Part shown: piece after piece, positions 33,729-44,503 of the stretch
How positions within the stretch are numbered: the first letter of the stretch is position 1
Layout of the letters: each line of letters begins with the position of its first letter
IMG/VR virus record: IMGVR_UViG_3300031949_000001
Location: 64,001 to 128,000 of that record
Length of the DNA: 64,000 nucleotides
Source of the DNA: a virus
Lineage: Duplodnaviria; Heunggongvirae; Uroviricota; Caudoviricetes
Direction: 5' to 3' (one strand)
Program-made: the position numbers and the translations under genes
The notes under the pieces: generated by a model
What the model was told of the DNA's origin: nothing
Database searches by the model: none
What the model saw: only the letters and a program-made list of their open reading frames with translations

Positions 33729-35336
33729 TTAAACGTTTTTACCTGATACATGAACAGCAACAGTGCTTGCAATTCCTGCGGTGGCACGAACCTTATATCC
33801 GGTTGGAATTCGAACAGGATTTTCTAACAATTCCACAGTTCCACCATATGAAATCATTAAATTGTAGCAGTAATATCCTTGGATGACGTTTGATGCATCA
33901 GTCCAAACAACCTGTACTGGAACATCTTGAACGGCTGTTGAAGTGTTAACAACAAGGATGCTTTCCAGAACAGTTCCATTGGTACCAGTAGAAGTGAATA
34001 CATCAGTTATGTTGATTGTTGTTAAATTCAAGTTTGCTACCGTACCTTGAACGTAATCTGTTGTTGTATTATCTTCCCAAACAAGTGTGACATGAAGTGT
34101 CGATACTGCATTTGCTTGGAATCTTACTAGATCACCAGGAAGCAAAACCTTAGAACGTAAATCAAGATCAACCGTGCCGTATCCTGGGATTGGCATGTTG
34201 CTTGTGAACAATACTGGAGTAGTGCCACCATAGTTTATATCAGCATTAACCGTTGCCCAAGCTGCTGTAATGTTGGTAACAATAGCCGTTCGAAGAATCG
34301 CTCTATGACTTGCTGCAACAGTTAATCCGCTTGATGCTAATGATGCCGTAATTGCGTATCCGAGTTGGTTGTTCAAGTTGAAGTCAGGATTACCACTACC
34401 GGTAGCAGCACTCCATGTTGGTGGCGCACCAACGCCTCCTGATGCTAAAAAGAAACCTGCTGTACCTGCTGATGTTGCAAGTAACCATGCACCTGTACCA
34501 TCAATACGGAATCTTTCTGTTCCAGCACCGAATGTTGCGCCACCTGTTGTGAAGATGAGGCTACCTGGGGTGCCAAGAGGAGAGAATCCACCAACGAGTG
34601 ATACATTTGCTCCGTTCCCGGAAGTTGAACCACCACCACCAGCAGTTAAAGTAATACCACCGGCTATACCGGAAGTGAATACATCACCACCAAGTAGAGA
34701 GATACTACCACCCGAACCAATGTTGCTGATACCAGCAGAAAGGTTGATGCTACCAGCAAGACCCGAATTGGTGGAGTATGGAGTTATAAATGTTGCACAT
34801 TGAATATTAATGTCACCACCATCACCAATACCCCCTGGAACACCACCAGCAAGAATATTAAGTTGTCCACCACTACCAATACCATCACCATTTGCGGTTT
34901 GAATGGTAATACCACCACCGGTTCCATCTGTTACTGATCCTTGACCACCTAAGATTTCTACTAGACCTCCTGCGCCTCCCATTGCATTAATATCATCACC
35001 CCCTTGAATTGAGGTAACGCCAGCCGCCGCTGGCGCGTGAGTACCTTGATAGTTACCACCTTTTATGAGAATATTACCACCATGGGTTACACCAATATGG
35101 GAAGTATCATCGAATGCACCACCCGCTACAATGCTGATATCAGCGCCATGTGATCTACCACTACTTGATCCTGCGGTAAAAGTTATTGTGCCGCCCGTTT
35201 TTGCGTTCAAACTTCCAAGACCGTCAATAGGAAAACCATTAGAAGCATTGATAAAAAAATCTTCGCCAGCGCTTGGATCTACTGTTCCTTCTTTGGTTTT
35301 TATTAAATTTAATACATTATCAATAGTTAATGACAT
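33729..35336 (-). CDS. Gly-rich tail fibre / virion protein
   Basis: GG.I.I.AG repeats; duplicated C-terminal beta domain. Confidence 0.8.
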   Translation of the reverse strand: MSLTIDNVLNLIKTKEGTVDPSAGEDFFINASNGFPIDGLGSLNAKTGGTITFTAGSSSGRSHGADISIVAGGAFDDTSHIGVTHGGNILIKGGNYQGTHAPAAAGVTSIQGGDDINAMGGAGGLVEILGGQGSVTDGTGGGITIQTANGDGIGSGGQLNILAGGVPGGIGDGGDINIQCATFITPYSTNSGLAGSINLSAGISNIGSGGSISLLGGDVFTSGIAGGITLTAGGGGSTSGNGANVSLVGGFSPLGTPGSLIFTTGGATFGAGTERFRIDGTGAWLLATSAGTAGFFLASGGVGAPPTWSAATGSGNPDFNLNNQLGYAITASLASSGLTVAASHRAILRTAIVTNITAAWATVNADINYGGTTPVLFTSNMPIPGYGTVDLDLRSKVLLPGDLVRFQANAVSTLHVTLVWEDNTTTDYVQGTVANLNLTTINITDVFTSTGTNGTVLESILVVNTSTAVQDVPVQVVWTDASNVIQGYYCYNLMISYGGTVELLENPVRIPTGYKVRATAGIASTVAVHVSGKNV

Positions 35337-37582
35337 TAGTTGGTTACCTCCACCGTCCTAACGAATGCTGTCCATCTGATTGTTTTACCTATTTCACCAG
35401 TAACTTGAACCCGTAGCGCTCCGTTTGTTGTGTCCGCATCGACTAGAACAGTCCATACCCCGCCGCTATCATCAGCTAGTGGGATAGAAAGAATACCACC
35501 AACCAATGCTGTTGTTGCAACGCCCACTTGTCTGTCAATAGAACCTTCAAAGTTGGTTGCGAAACTTTCATCAGTTGCGTCTGTACGTCGAGCGACAACT
35601 TTAATTTCAAAGTTCCATGTACTATTATCAGCAAGTTTCATACGACGAGAAAAGCCGTTTGTTCCGTCGATGAATAATTCTGTAATCGTGTTATTGGTCG
35701 TTAGATTTTGTATTAGATACTGACAAGTACGTGAATCATCATCCATAGCAAAGTTATAGCCTTGATGTTGAATGTAACCACCAAACGCTGCGACTTTAAG
35801 AGTACCATCTTGACCAGTTGCGGATGACACACCAATTCTAACTTGAATAGTCGAGCCATTACCAGTACCTGTACCAGAACCACCAGTGACCGTGATTGGT
35901 CCACCGTTTGCATTTACACCAAGACCATTTCCCGAAGTAAGTGTTAGTTGACCCCCAGTATTTCCGTTAATGCTATTACCTGAAGTAATATCAATGTTAC
36001 CACCATTACCACTGATTGTAGCACTACCACCATTAAATGAGAGATTACCACCAATAGTACCACCATTACCAGCGTTCAAAAATATAGTACCACCTTGAGA
36101 CGGTGCAGCGGCTCCCGTAATAATGACTCCACCAGCGTTTCCTAGAGCAGAAGTACCTGATGTAATGAATACAAACCCACCGTTGTTGAAGACGCCTGCG
36201 TCACCGGCTATAATGTTGATATCACCGCCATTGTTAGAACCACCAGTTGAACCACCGAATATGTTGAGTATTCCAGGAGTTCCAGTCACAGAATCACCAG
36301 CGTTGATGTCTATGTTACCACCTGTACCAGCAACAGTATCGTCACCGGCTGAAATGGTTAGATTAGCGCCTATTCCTGCGCCATCTGGTGCCTTGATAGT
36401 TGCTGGTGTTGCGGTTGAACCCAATGTCATCACATTGGTTAATGGTACCCACATGAAATCTGGATCGGATGAAATACTACCACCGGTTCCGTAGACGACT
36501 TGATTTAATGGTTGCGCAGGCACACCCCCGCCCCCCGTTACGTCAACAAATGTTGCGCTATTGTCGTAAACTTTAAGAGTGTTTGAAAAACTATCGAACC
36601 ACAATTGACCCATAGTAGGATTTGATGGTGCTACGTTGAAATAGAAATTCTCCAACATATGAACTAAATCTTCAATGATGTTGAAACCGTAGTTGACCGC
36701 GCCCCGTCCTGGTAATGTTAAGGACGTATTTCCAGCCAGAGTGTATGTGATATCACCATCTGGAAACGCTGCTGTAGTTGGCACCGCTACTGTTGGAAGT
36801 ATTACAGTCAAATTCGTTACAATAGAACCAGTAACAAGAGTGAATGTGATGTTTCCAATTGCACCTTGATTCGCAGGAACTGGTGTCGTTACTGTGATTA
36901 TGGTTTGATTCTGAATTAGGTTATACGTCGAAGATGAAACAATATATCCACCATTGTTGGATGGTGTGCCGGTAACGTTAAAGGCGAAGGCAGGAGTGAA
37001 ATACGCTGTCTGGTTGCCGGTAACAGTAAATGTGTCGGTTGGGTTTGCAACTGCCGAAACAATTGGGGTTGAAGCCAAACCGGAGTCATCTGGATCGGCT
37101 GGAAGACCACCACGATATCCGGAAGGAACGGTAGTTGAAATCGTAATCTCTGTGTTACCAGCAACGAACGCCGAAGATGCTACAATCCAATAGCCATTAT
37201 TCGAAATTGGCGTTTGTGAGTTAACTACCTTAAAAATTCGTCCTGGTGTGAAAATGGCTGTGTAGTCAACACCGTTTAGAACAAACTTTTTTTGAATATT
37301 GCTGATTGTGTTGATTGCTGTCGTACCTTGGAACACAGATGTCGATACGATATACGCGCCGTCGTTTGGTGGAGCTACCAGCGAATTAATTACACTGAAG
37401 GCAAAGCCAGGAATAAATCTAGGCGTAAAATCACCACTGACCGCAAAATTGCCACCCACACCGCTATTTGCGGTGACGATAGGAACAGTGTTAAGACTGC
37501 CTGGACCTTCAGTCTCAAGAGAATTGATGACGAAGGTGCCTTTGGCTGGGTCGGTAAATGAAATTGTATATTGTCCTGACAT
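35336..37582 (-). CDS. tail fibre protein
   Basis: YTISFTDP N-terminus, TSLTLPGRG..NYG..LVHMLENF..P..GQLWFD, Gly-rich repeats. Confidence 0.85.
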   Translation of the reverse strand: MSGQYTISFTDPAKGTFVINSLETEGPGSLNTVPIVTANSGVGGNFAVSGDFTPRFIPGFAFSVINSLVAPPNDGAYIVSTSVFQGTTAINTISNIQKKFVLNGVDYTAIFTPGRIFKVVNSQTPISNNGYWIVASSAFVAGNTEITISTTVPSGYRGGLPADPDDSGLASTPIVSAVANPTDTFTVTGNQTAYFTPAFAFNVTGTPSNNGGYIVSSSTYNLIQNQTIITVTTPVPANQGAIGNITFTLVTGSIVTNLTVILPTVAVPTTAAFPDGDITYTLAGNTSLTLPGRGAVNYGFNIIEDLVHMLENFYFNVAPSNPTMGQLWFDSFSNTLKVYDNSATFVDVTGGGGVPAQPLNQVVYGTGGSISSDPDFMWVPLTNVMTLGSTATPATIKAPDGAGIGANLTISAGDDTVAGTGGNIDINAGDSVTGTPGILNIFGGSTGGSNNGGDINIIAGDAGVFNNGGFVFITSGTSALGNAGGVIITGAAAPSQGGTIFLNAGNGGTIGGNLSFNGGSATISGNGGNIDITSGNSINGNTGGQLTLTSGNGLGVNANGGPITVTGGSGTGTGNGSTIQVRIGVSSATGQDGTLKVAAFGGYIQHQGYNFAMDDDSRTCQYLIQNLTTNNTITELFIDGTNGFSRRMKLADNSTWNFEIKVVARRTDATDESFATNFEGSIDRQVGVATTALVGGILSIPLADDSGGVWTVLVDADTTNGALRVQVTGEIGKTIRWTAFVRTVEVTN

Positions 37583-37591
37583 GTTATATCC

Positions 37592-40500
37592 TTAGGTTTT
37601 AAACACTAAAAATTCGATTCGTGCGCTGAGCGCAGGCGTATAAGTAAACGTGATTGAACTTTGAATCGAACCATATGTGCCATCTTCCGTAAAGTCGTCG
37701 TCCAAAAATTGCTTGATACCGTTAACGAATATCCATACTCTATTTAGACCCTTGGTGTATTCCAATCCTGGTTGTGATAAAGTAAATCTGAAGTCATCAA
37801 ATACAACGTTGTTTAATGAAGCGAATAATGGGTTGGCTCCGCTATCGGCAATCACGATTGTCGAATTCGAACCACCTCCAGCAAACGTGCTTGAAATTCT
37901 AATTCTACCGTTTACAAGTTCTGCTTCCGCAGGCGAAATATCGGCGTTAAGTTGGGTAACCAAGGTCGTGAATGTTTGTGCTGTTGAACCTATAATGGAA
38001 ACTGGTGTTGTCACGCCATCAACGAACACTGTTGCTGTGTAAACTGTCGCATCATTGGCGAGTCCTGTTGTGTCCGCGCCAGCAATATCAATTTCGTCGC
38101 CTAGTAACGAAAAGGAAACTTCTTGGAAACCAAAACCAGCATCAAATCCAGCAATGGTAAGACTGTGTCCAAGCACGTATTGCACGGTAACACCATCTGC
38201 GGAAATTACATCACGAGCAATAAGCGTATCCGTCCAGAATTTTGTTACGATATCGAAGTCATTGACTGGTTGAAATTCGTATGAAATGCTACCATCAGGT
38301 ATACCCGGAGTCGTAGAAAAAGGAATTGTTTCAACGACCGTAATGGTTGTTACCTTGGAACTATCATTGAATGAAGAAGACAAGATAGTATACGTTCCAT
38401 TGTTGCCAATAAAGGAATCATTTATGTCAAAAGTTACACCAGGAGTTAGGCTAGTCGTGAAATCACCACCACCAATTGTAAATTCACTCGTTCCTGAATC
38501 TGCGGTAATGATAGGAACGTTGACCAATAATTGTGCTGACCCGGATACTGTAGGTCCAGATAGGTTGCTGACTGGTGTTACTGGTGTTGAACGTGGATTG
38601 ACCGTAAATGAAGCCAGAACTTCTGTTGGACGATTTGTGACATTGATCGTATCAAATCCAGTTAAAGCAGTTGTTAAACTTATAGTTGGATAGCCACTAG
38701 GGAGTGTCCCACCAAAGCCTGGAACTGCGGCTGAGATGGTTGTGAAGTTCGTTAGCTGATTAAAAATGTTTCGTATGGTTGTCGTGCTGGTAAAACCAAC
38801 GAAACCCGTCAACGAAGAGAATAACGGATTTACGCCTGTGTCAACAATCAAGAGAGAAGACGTAAGACCAGTAGTTGCGCTCGTGATTGTGATGTTTCCA
38901 CTTATGAGTGCGGCTGTACCGTTTACAGTAATGGCTGCGTTGATCGTTCCGAGAAGATCATTGTATGTTTGATTCAAGCTACCAGTTGCGGAAATTGGAT
39001 ATCCAACACCATCAATTGTTACGGTAGCTGTATAGACGGTTGCATCGTTGGTTAGACCGGTAAGATCGGTTCCTATATGAGTACCGCCCGTATTAACCAC
39101 ATCAAATGCTGCGTCCAGGATCGCTATTGTCGATGAAGAACCTGTTGACTTACTTTGAATTGTCAACCAAGTGTCGTTATCTACCAATTGCGCCACCGCA
39201 AAACCACCAAGTTGACCATTTAGGTCAGTGATTAATCCCAATCCTAATATGCTGAAATATTGATAGGTGAGTGTTGGGAAAACAGTGATGTATATTGGAG
39301 TACCACCATCAACTGTTATGATCGTTGTGTATGCGTCCGGGTTAGTCAAGCCCGTCAAGTTTGTGTTCAATTGAGAAAGTGAGAAGTTGACTCGCTGATA
39401 ACCTCCTGTTCCGAACAACCTATAGTACAAGTCTAGGTCGCTATTAGGTAGAATGAGGTATTGATCATCATCTGTTGAATGTAAATGTCCCATGTTTAAA
39501 ATGAACGGAACACCAGCGTTTGGACCAGTTTGTGTCAGATCTAAAGTTGATGTTGACGCCAAACCACCAGAAAATGTAAAGCTAGAAACATATGTGTCAG
39601 CACCAGGACCAGATACGGAATCTACATAAAACTTTGTCGCCGCATCTTGAGCAAGGGTAGGATCAGCCATATTTTTAATTTGGTTGAGACCCATGTTGAT
39701 CGTAGCACCAACAAAGTTTACAATACCAGTTATTGTACCACCTGTTAGTTGCAAGTAACGACTATCACCTGTAGCCATGTTTAGCGCATCGGTTGCTACC
39801 GTTGCATTACCAAGGTTTGTAATCTTGTTACCAGTCATGTTCAGGATACCTGACATCGTATCACCAGCCTTCAGAACATGGAGAGCATCTTGACTATCAA
39901 CATAAGTTTTTGTTGTGGCATCTGTGTTAAGTGTTGGAGTTCCAAGATTGATAATCTTGTTGAGACCCATATCAATTTGTCCAGTGCCGGTGAATTGAAT
40001 GCCAGCGGTGCCACTGAAGACCAACAAGCCTGACATCGTGTCTCCAGCCTTCAGAACATGGAGAGCGTCTTGTGCATCGACATAGTTCTTGTTGGTGGCA
40101 TCTGTACCAAGAGTTGGTGAGCCGAGATTGATAATCTTGAAGCCACCCATGTCTAGATCGCCAACTGGGGCACCGCTGAGTGAAATGGTATTCCAAATGG
40201 AGGCTTGAATATTTCCACCAGCCCCCTGGACCGCAGGTACGGATAGAACTGTGATGGTTGTGAATGCGGTGAATACTGCGGAGATAACGTTGTATATTCC
40301 ATCGTTCGCTACGGTACCAGTGACAACGAACGTGTTTCCTATCGGGAACGAAGCCACTTGGTTACCAGCAACAACGAATGTGTTGGTTGAATTACTTGCT
40401 GATAGAATGGGGAAATCTCTCGGAGAAAAAACGTACAAACCAGCTATTGTCGGATCAGTCGGATTTGATGGATCGAGAAAGCTTGCATTTTTGAACCAAA

Positions 40501-40762
40501 TTTGACCTTGAATCGGAAAAGCTGGACGAACATTGTTGGCAAAATGTTCGATCATGTTGACAAGGTTTTGATCTGTACGAGAGCCGTAATTTGGGTGTCC
40601 GCGTCCATAAAGCAATAAACTGGTATGACTTGCAGAGGCATCAATGTCCAAAGTAGGCGTAGAAGGCGCTACTGGTCCGTCCGTCCTAAAAGCCGGTAAA
40701 ATAAAAGCTAGTTTAGTCGGGTCAGTAAAATTAATTGTGTAGTTTGGATTTGGCAACGGCAT
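37592..40762 (-). CDS. long tail fibre protein
   Basis: YTINFTDP, TSLLLYGRG.PNYG, repeats of KIINLG.PT..TDAT.K.YVD.QDALHVLKAGDTMSG. Confidence 0.85.
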   Translation of the reverse strand: MPLPNPNYTINFTDPTKLAFILPAFRTDGPVAPSTPTLDIDASASHTSLLLYGRGHPNYGSRTDQNLVNMIEHFANNVRPAFPIQGQIWFKNASFLDPSNPTDPTIAGLYVFSPRDFPILSASNSTNTFVVAGNQVASFPIGNTFVVTGTVANDGIYNVISAVFTAFTTITVLSVPAVQGAGGNIQASIWNTISLSGAPVGDLDMGGFKIINLGSPTLGTDATNKNYVDAQDALHVLKAGDTMSGLLVFSGTAGIQFTGTGQIDMGLNKIINLGTPTLNTDATTKTYVDSQDALHVLKAGDTMSGILNMTGNKITNLGNATVATDALNMATGDSRYLQLTGGTITGIVNFVGATINMGLNQIKNMADPTLAQDAATKFYVDSVSGPGADTYVSSFTFSGGLASTSTLDLTQTGPNAGVPFILNMGHLHSTDDDQYLILPNSDLDLYYRLFGTGGYQRVNFSLSQLNTNLTGLTNPDAYTTIITVDGGTPIYITVFPTLTYQYFSILGLGLITDLNGQLGGFAVAQLVDNDTWLTIQSKSTGSSSTIAILDAAFDVVNTGGTHIGTDLTGLTNDATVYTATVTIDGVGYPISATGSLNQTYNDLLGTINAAITVNGTAALISGNITITSATTGLTSSLLIVDTGVNPLFSSLTGFVGFTSTTTIRNIFNQLTNFTTISAAVPGFGGTLPSGYPTISLTTALTGFDTINVTNRPTEVLASFTVNPRSTPVTPVSNLSGPTVSGSAQLLVNVPIITADSGTSEFTIGGGDFTTSLTPGVTFDINDSFIGNNGTYTILSSSFNDSSKVTTITVVETIPFSTTPGIPDGSISYEFQPVNDFDIVTKFWTDTLIARDVISADGVTVQYVLGHSLTIAGFDAGFGFQEVSFSLLGDEIDIAGADTTGLANDATVYTATVFVDGVTTPVSIIGSTAQTFTTLVTQLNADISPAEAELVNGRIRISSTFAGGGSNSTIVIADSGANPLFASLNNVVFDDFRFTLSQPGLEYTKGLNRVWIFVNGIKQFLDDDFTEDGTYGSIQSSITFTYTPALSARIEFLVFKT
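39849..40140 (-). repeat. tandem coding repeat in the fibre shaft
   Basis: CCAGCCTTCAGAACATGGAGAGC occurs twice about 180 nt apart (LHVLKAG units). Confidence 0.75.
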
Positions 40763-40801
40763 TTAATCGTTCCTGCATGAAAATAACTCTGTGGATAGAG
40801 T

Positions 40802-40808
40802 TATTTAT
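40802..40808 (-). promoter_or_regulatory. late-type promoter motif ATAAATA
   Basis: intergenic, about 40 nt upstream of the 1056-aa fibre gene. Confidence 0.6.
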
Positions 40809-40825
40809 CATTTACCGAGATTTAC

Positions 40826-42211
40826 TCAGGCAGCAACAATAGGGATGAAACGGCTTTTTTTCTTCGGAATTACCAGATCCAATTCAGGAAATTTTGGGTA
40901 GGTTGGCTCGTGTGGACTCTTGATGCCACGTTCTAGCATCTCAATTTCGCTATTAAATAGTAGTTTAAAGGCTGTCTGTTGAATCTGCGAATAATGAACA
41001 TACTCAACCGCATGGTTGGTATAGAAGACAGCCGATCCTAGATCTAGAGGACAGCTACTCTTGCACAATCTATAGACCGGACAGGTGCCGCAAAAGTCTT
41101 CTCTATCCAGATTGATACCAACCAATTTGACGTTTTTGAGATCATTTATATGTCCACTAACATAATGATCGTCGGTATTTTGGCATGTACGAATATTTCC
41201 ATTGATGTCCATGGAAATCAAATCACTATCATCAACACCACAACTGGTCTTCAAAAGCGGAATTCTCTGTTGTTTTAACAGCTTTGTGTATGGTATAACG
41301 CCCATTCCGGTATGGAAAAGACTGTTTGCCAGCAACTCACCATGCTTTACCGCTCCGATTTGCTTGAATTGAGCCAGATGGGCATCCAAATACGCCTTGA
41401 GAATTACTTTATATTTCTCCAAATGTTCACCGCTAATGACGTGATGAGTTGAATTCTTAGCCATAGTTTCGTCGTAAACACGCCCAACTTCGTAGCTGAT
41501 GGTAGTTTGCTTCAAACCATTCTTTTGAAAAAACTCATGGAAGAAATCATTTATTTTAAATAAATCATAATTTGTCTTGCTGATGACCGGATTGAAACTG
41601 AACTGTAGTTTAGGAAAACATTCATCCTGGATGCGTCTGAATACGTCAATCTTCTTGTGGATGAATTCCTTGCCTCGGGTTGATTCATGCGCGGGACCAT
41701 CGTGGCTGATACCAAAGGCTGTTTTACCCTTCAACTGCATCAGGAAATCGATATGCTTTTGCATCAGTGGAGTGCCGTTGGTGGGTATGTACCACGTTAA
41801 ACCCTCTCTATCAAATGCTTCCATGATTGGCATCATGTCTTTCCAATAGAGAAGCGTTTCACCACCCCAAAGTTCGATACGTTCTATCTTAGATAAATCG
41901 AAATTTCCCCTCATATTTTTGATTAGAGCGGGCGTTAAACCGTTTGGTGGGCGCTCATTGGGGTTTCCAATGTCTTTTTGCATACAATAGCCGCAGCTAT
42001 AGTTACATCCATGACCAAGGGTGATCTTAATTAGATGAGGATGATTGCTTTTTACGTTGGTGCGGAACTGACTATAGAGGTCTTCATAGTCGTCAGGAAC
42101 CACAATAGGAGAACTCAATGCTCGAAAGTCAGGATCGAGCAAGCCATTTGTCTCGTTATCATAGTAAAAATGTTCGCCCGTTCGGACGATTCTATACTTT
42201 GATAGGCTCAT
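40826..42211 (-). CDS. radical SAM / SPASM-domain protein
   Basis: CNYSCGYC, WGGE, TNG, SHDG; SPASM C..GNIRTC and CGTCPVYRLCKSSCP. Confidence 0.92.
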   Translation of the reverse strand: MSLSKYRIVRTGEHFYYDNETNGLLDPDFRALSSPIVVPDDYEDLYSQFRTNVKSNHPHLIKITLGHGCNYSCGYCMQKDIGNPNERPPNGLTPALIKNMRGNFDLSKIERIELWGGETLLYWKDMMPIMEAFDREGLTWYIPTNGTPLMQKHIDFLMQLKGKTAFGISHDGPAHESTRGKEFIHKKIDVFRRIQDECFPKLQFSFNPVISKTNYDLFKINDFFHEFFQKNGLKQTTISYEVGRVYDETMAKNSTHHVISGEHLEKYKVILKAYLDAHLAQFKQIGAVKHGELLANSLFHTGMGVIPYTKLLKQQRIPLLKTSCGVDDSDLISMDINGNIRTCQNTDDHYVSGHINDLKNVKLVGINLDREDFCGTCPVYRLCKSSCPLDLGSAVFYTNHAVEYVHYSQIQQTAFKLLFNSEIEMLERGIKSPHEPTYPKFPELDLVIPKKKSRFIPIVAA

Positions 42212-43394
42212 TGGTTCCTTTGAAGTTCTTGATTGGTATGTGTTTTAGTTTAATTTTCGGCTTTGTTGTGACTGAAACGATGGGAATCACAGTCCCGTTA
42301 AATTTTTGAGGTACTAGAAGTCCCAATTTATTCTCTACCGCATGTTTTTGGGCTAGCTTTTGGAACATTCGACTATATGGTTTGAGCATGAATTTCGGAA
42401 TGAAATTGTAATCGGGATGAATATTCACACTCGTGGTAATATAATTGTAATAATCCAGGTATTTATTTCCGCATGATCCAGCCATTCTCTCTACATTTTC
42501 ACCATACCAGTTGAGCTTTGCTTGGAGCATGAGTGGAATGAAGGTGATTGGATCAAACGGTTGATCTTCGATTGAAGCAAATGGTCTACCAGATTCTTCG
42601 ATTGACTCAACCAAAGTCAAGAAAAAATGGTCATATTGCATGTGCATGGCTTCACAGAGGATCAAAAACAAGAAACCACCTTGGCTGTACATCGTGGTGA
42701 TTTGATGATCTGCATTTTTAAGATCGTAGCGAATGTTCTTACTTTGAAGAATATCGTCATGTATGTCGGTATAAATGTCATTCTCTTTAGCCCAATCGAT
42801 AGCTTTCGCTGTGTTAGGCTCAGCATCTCCTTGTCGTTGGCTGATGATGAACTTGATTTTTTGTATCGGTTGTTTAACGTGTACATCAGTCAATCGCGCT
42901 ATAATATCATCTACGAACCGTCCGTCCTTTCTGTTCAAGAATATATCACTGAGAGTGACTTCATACGTCTTAGAAAAGCTCATCTCTTTCATCAAAATTT
43001 CGTGTTGCTGGATCAATGCTGTATCCGTCATTGAAGAACTGTACATTCGGTGGCTGTTTCTCTTATAGAAATCGAAGATATGTGGATAGTTCTTTTTTAT
43101 AAAAAATAAATCATCGAGAGATGCAGCTATATCAAAGTGATCCCATGTTTCGACTATTTTTTCTTCCATGATGGTTGGAATGTTAAGCGGAACGTATGCT
43201 CCAAAACTTTCATCCGGCATCCAATTTTTTTGAACATAACATAGTTTACATCCTGCCTTGCACATATATCGTTTGAAGATTGAGAACGACACTTGTGTAT
43301 CGAGGTTGCACAGCGCATCGTTCTTCAAGAAGAACTCCTTGAAATTGCCTGTATCTTCGAAATTAGGGGCTGCCGCCCATGTAGGTTGCATCAT
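42192..43394 (-). CDS. divergent radical SAM-like protein
   Basis: CKAGCKLC (CxxxCxxC), but no GGE motif or SPASM cysteines. Confidence 0.65.
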   Translation of the reverse strand: MMQPTWAAAPNFEDTGNFKEFFLKNDALCNLDTQVSFSIFKRYMCKAGCKLCYVQKNWMPDESFGAYVPLNIPTIMEEKIVETWDHFDIAASLDDLFFIKKNYPHIFDFYKRNSHRMYSSSMTDTALIQQHEILMKEMSFSKTYEVTLSDIFLNRKDGRFVDDIIARLTDVHVKQPIQKIKFIISQRQGDAEPNTAKAIDWAKENDIYTDIHDDILQSKNIRYDLKNADHQITTMYSQGGFLFLILCEAMHMQYDHFFLTLVESIEESGRPFASIEDQPFDPITFIPLMLQAKLNWYGENVERMAGSCGNKYLDYYNYITTSVNIHPDYNFIPKFMLKPYSRMFQKLAQKHAVENKLGLLVPQKFNGTVIPIVSVTTKPKIKLKHIPIKNFKGTNEPIKV

Positions 43395-44500
43395 ATGCCG
43401 ATCCAGTGTAATAAGGTTGGCTTTTCCTTGAGTTTTTGAGCGTGAAGAATGAGAATGTCAACCATTTTATAGAACTCAACGCATGAGTCTCCAGGTACTT
43501 GATCCCACATGTGGTATAGAAATTTGATACCACAGCTATTTCTCGAAGGACAAATCTTACATTTGTCGTGAATGAGTTGTTCTTCGCGCGCCGCCTCGTC
43601 TCTATATACTTTTATCACAGGAGCACCACCCTCGTCAAATTCTCTTCGCCATTCACCGATAACAGTCTCGTGCTGTTGATACTCTAAAAAGTCATACTCT
43701 GGATAGATGAATCCATCGGGAGACAGCACGAGTTGCTTATGATTGTCGTAGTAGTGCTTGTCTATACCATCACCGTGACCATCGACATTGACATCAATGC
43801 CTTGGATGTAGAGCATTTGGATGAATTTTAGGAAAGCGTGAAAGAACTGTTTCAAATCAGGAATCTCGTCAATCATTGATTTGAACTTTGTTTTACCACG
43901 TAAATGACGCAGAGGAATTAAATCGACCTTACGAACGTTATGCTTGTTGCAAATATCTGTTATTGCTTTTAGATTTCGAAGGCTAAACGCCTCTTTGTGT
44001 TGAACTGGAAGAACGTATTGAAGCTGGGTATTGCTTGTTTTGTGCTTTGTCAGGACCGCAAGGGCATCATGGATGTTGAAGTCTGTACGATTGATTGGTT
44101 GAAAGATAAAATCGTAGCTGATACTGATGTTCAAACGACTATTCCACTTCTCAAAGAACCATTCGTTTTTAGCTATACGGCTACCGTTGGTCTGAATGAA
44201 TATTGGAAAGGTCTGTCCTGGAAATTCCAGTGTGATGGCGTCCATGATTTTATCGATCAATTTGATCCAAATCAATGGTTCTCCTCCATGAAAACTCAGC
44301 ATCGGCACTGGAAATTGCCCATCCGTGCTCATTTGTTTCAGGAAATAGATGATGTGCGGAATGTCCGTTTCTTCTAGTTGCTGATTACCGATATCATTTT
44401 TGATGAAATCTCGATCACAATATGTGCAATTGAAATTACAGGCATTGCCTAGATATATGCTAACATCGTTGCATCCTGGCAGCTTTGATATGTGTTCCAT
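43391..44500 (-). CDS. radical SAM protein with partial SPASM domain
   Basis: CNFNCTYC, FHGGEP, QTNG, SYD; first SPASM Cys pair missing, CKICP..SCG..C retained. Confidence 0.9.
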   Translation of the reverse strand: MEHISKLPGCNDVSIYLGNACNFNCTYCDRDFIKNDIGNQQLEETDIPHIIYFLKQMSTDGQFPVPMLSFHGGEPLIWIKLIDKIMDAITLEFPGQTFPIFIQTNGSRIAKNEWFFEKWNSRLNISISYDFIFQPINRTDFNIHDALAVLTKHKTSNTQLQYVLPVQHKEAFSLRNLKAITDICNKHNVRKVDLIPLRHLRGKTKFKSMIDEIPDLKQFFHAFLKFIQMLYIQGIDVNVDGHGDGIDKHYYDNHKQLVLSPDGFIYPEYDFLEYQQHETVIGEWRREFDEGGAPVIKVYRDEAAREEQLIHDKCKICPSRNSCGIKFLYHMWDQVPGDSCVEFYKMVDILILHAQKLKEKPTLLHWIGI

Positions 44501-44503
44501 GTG

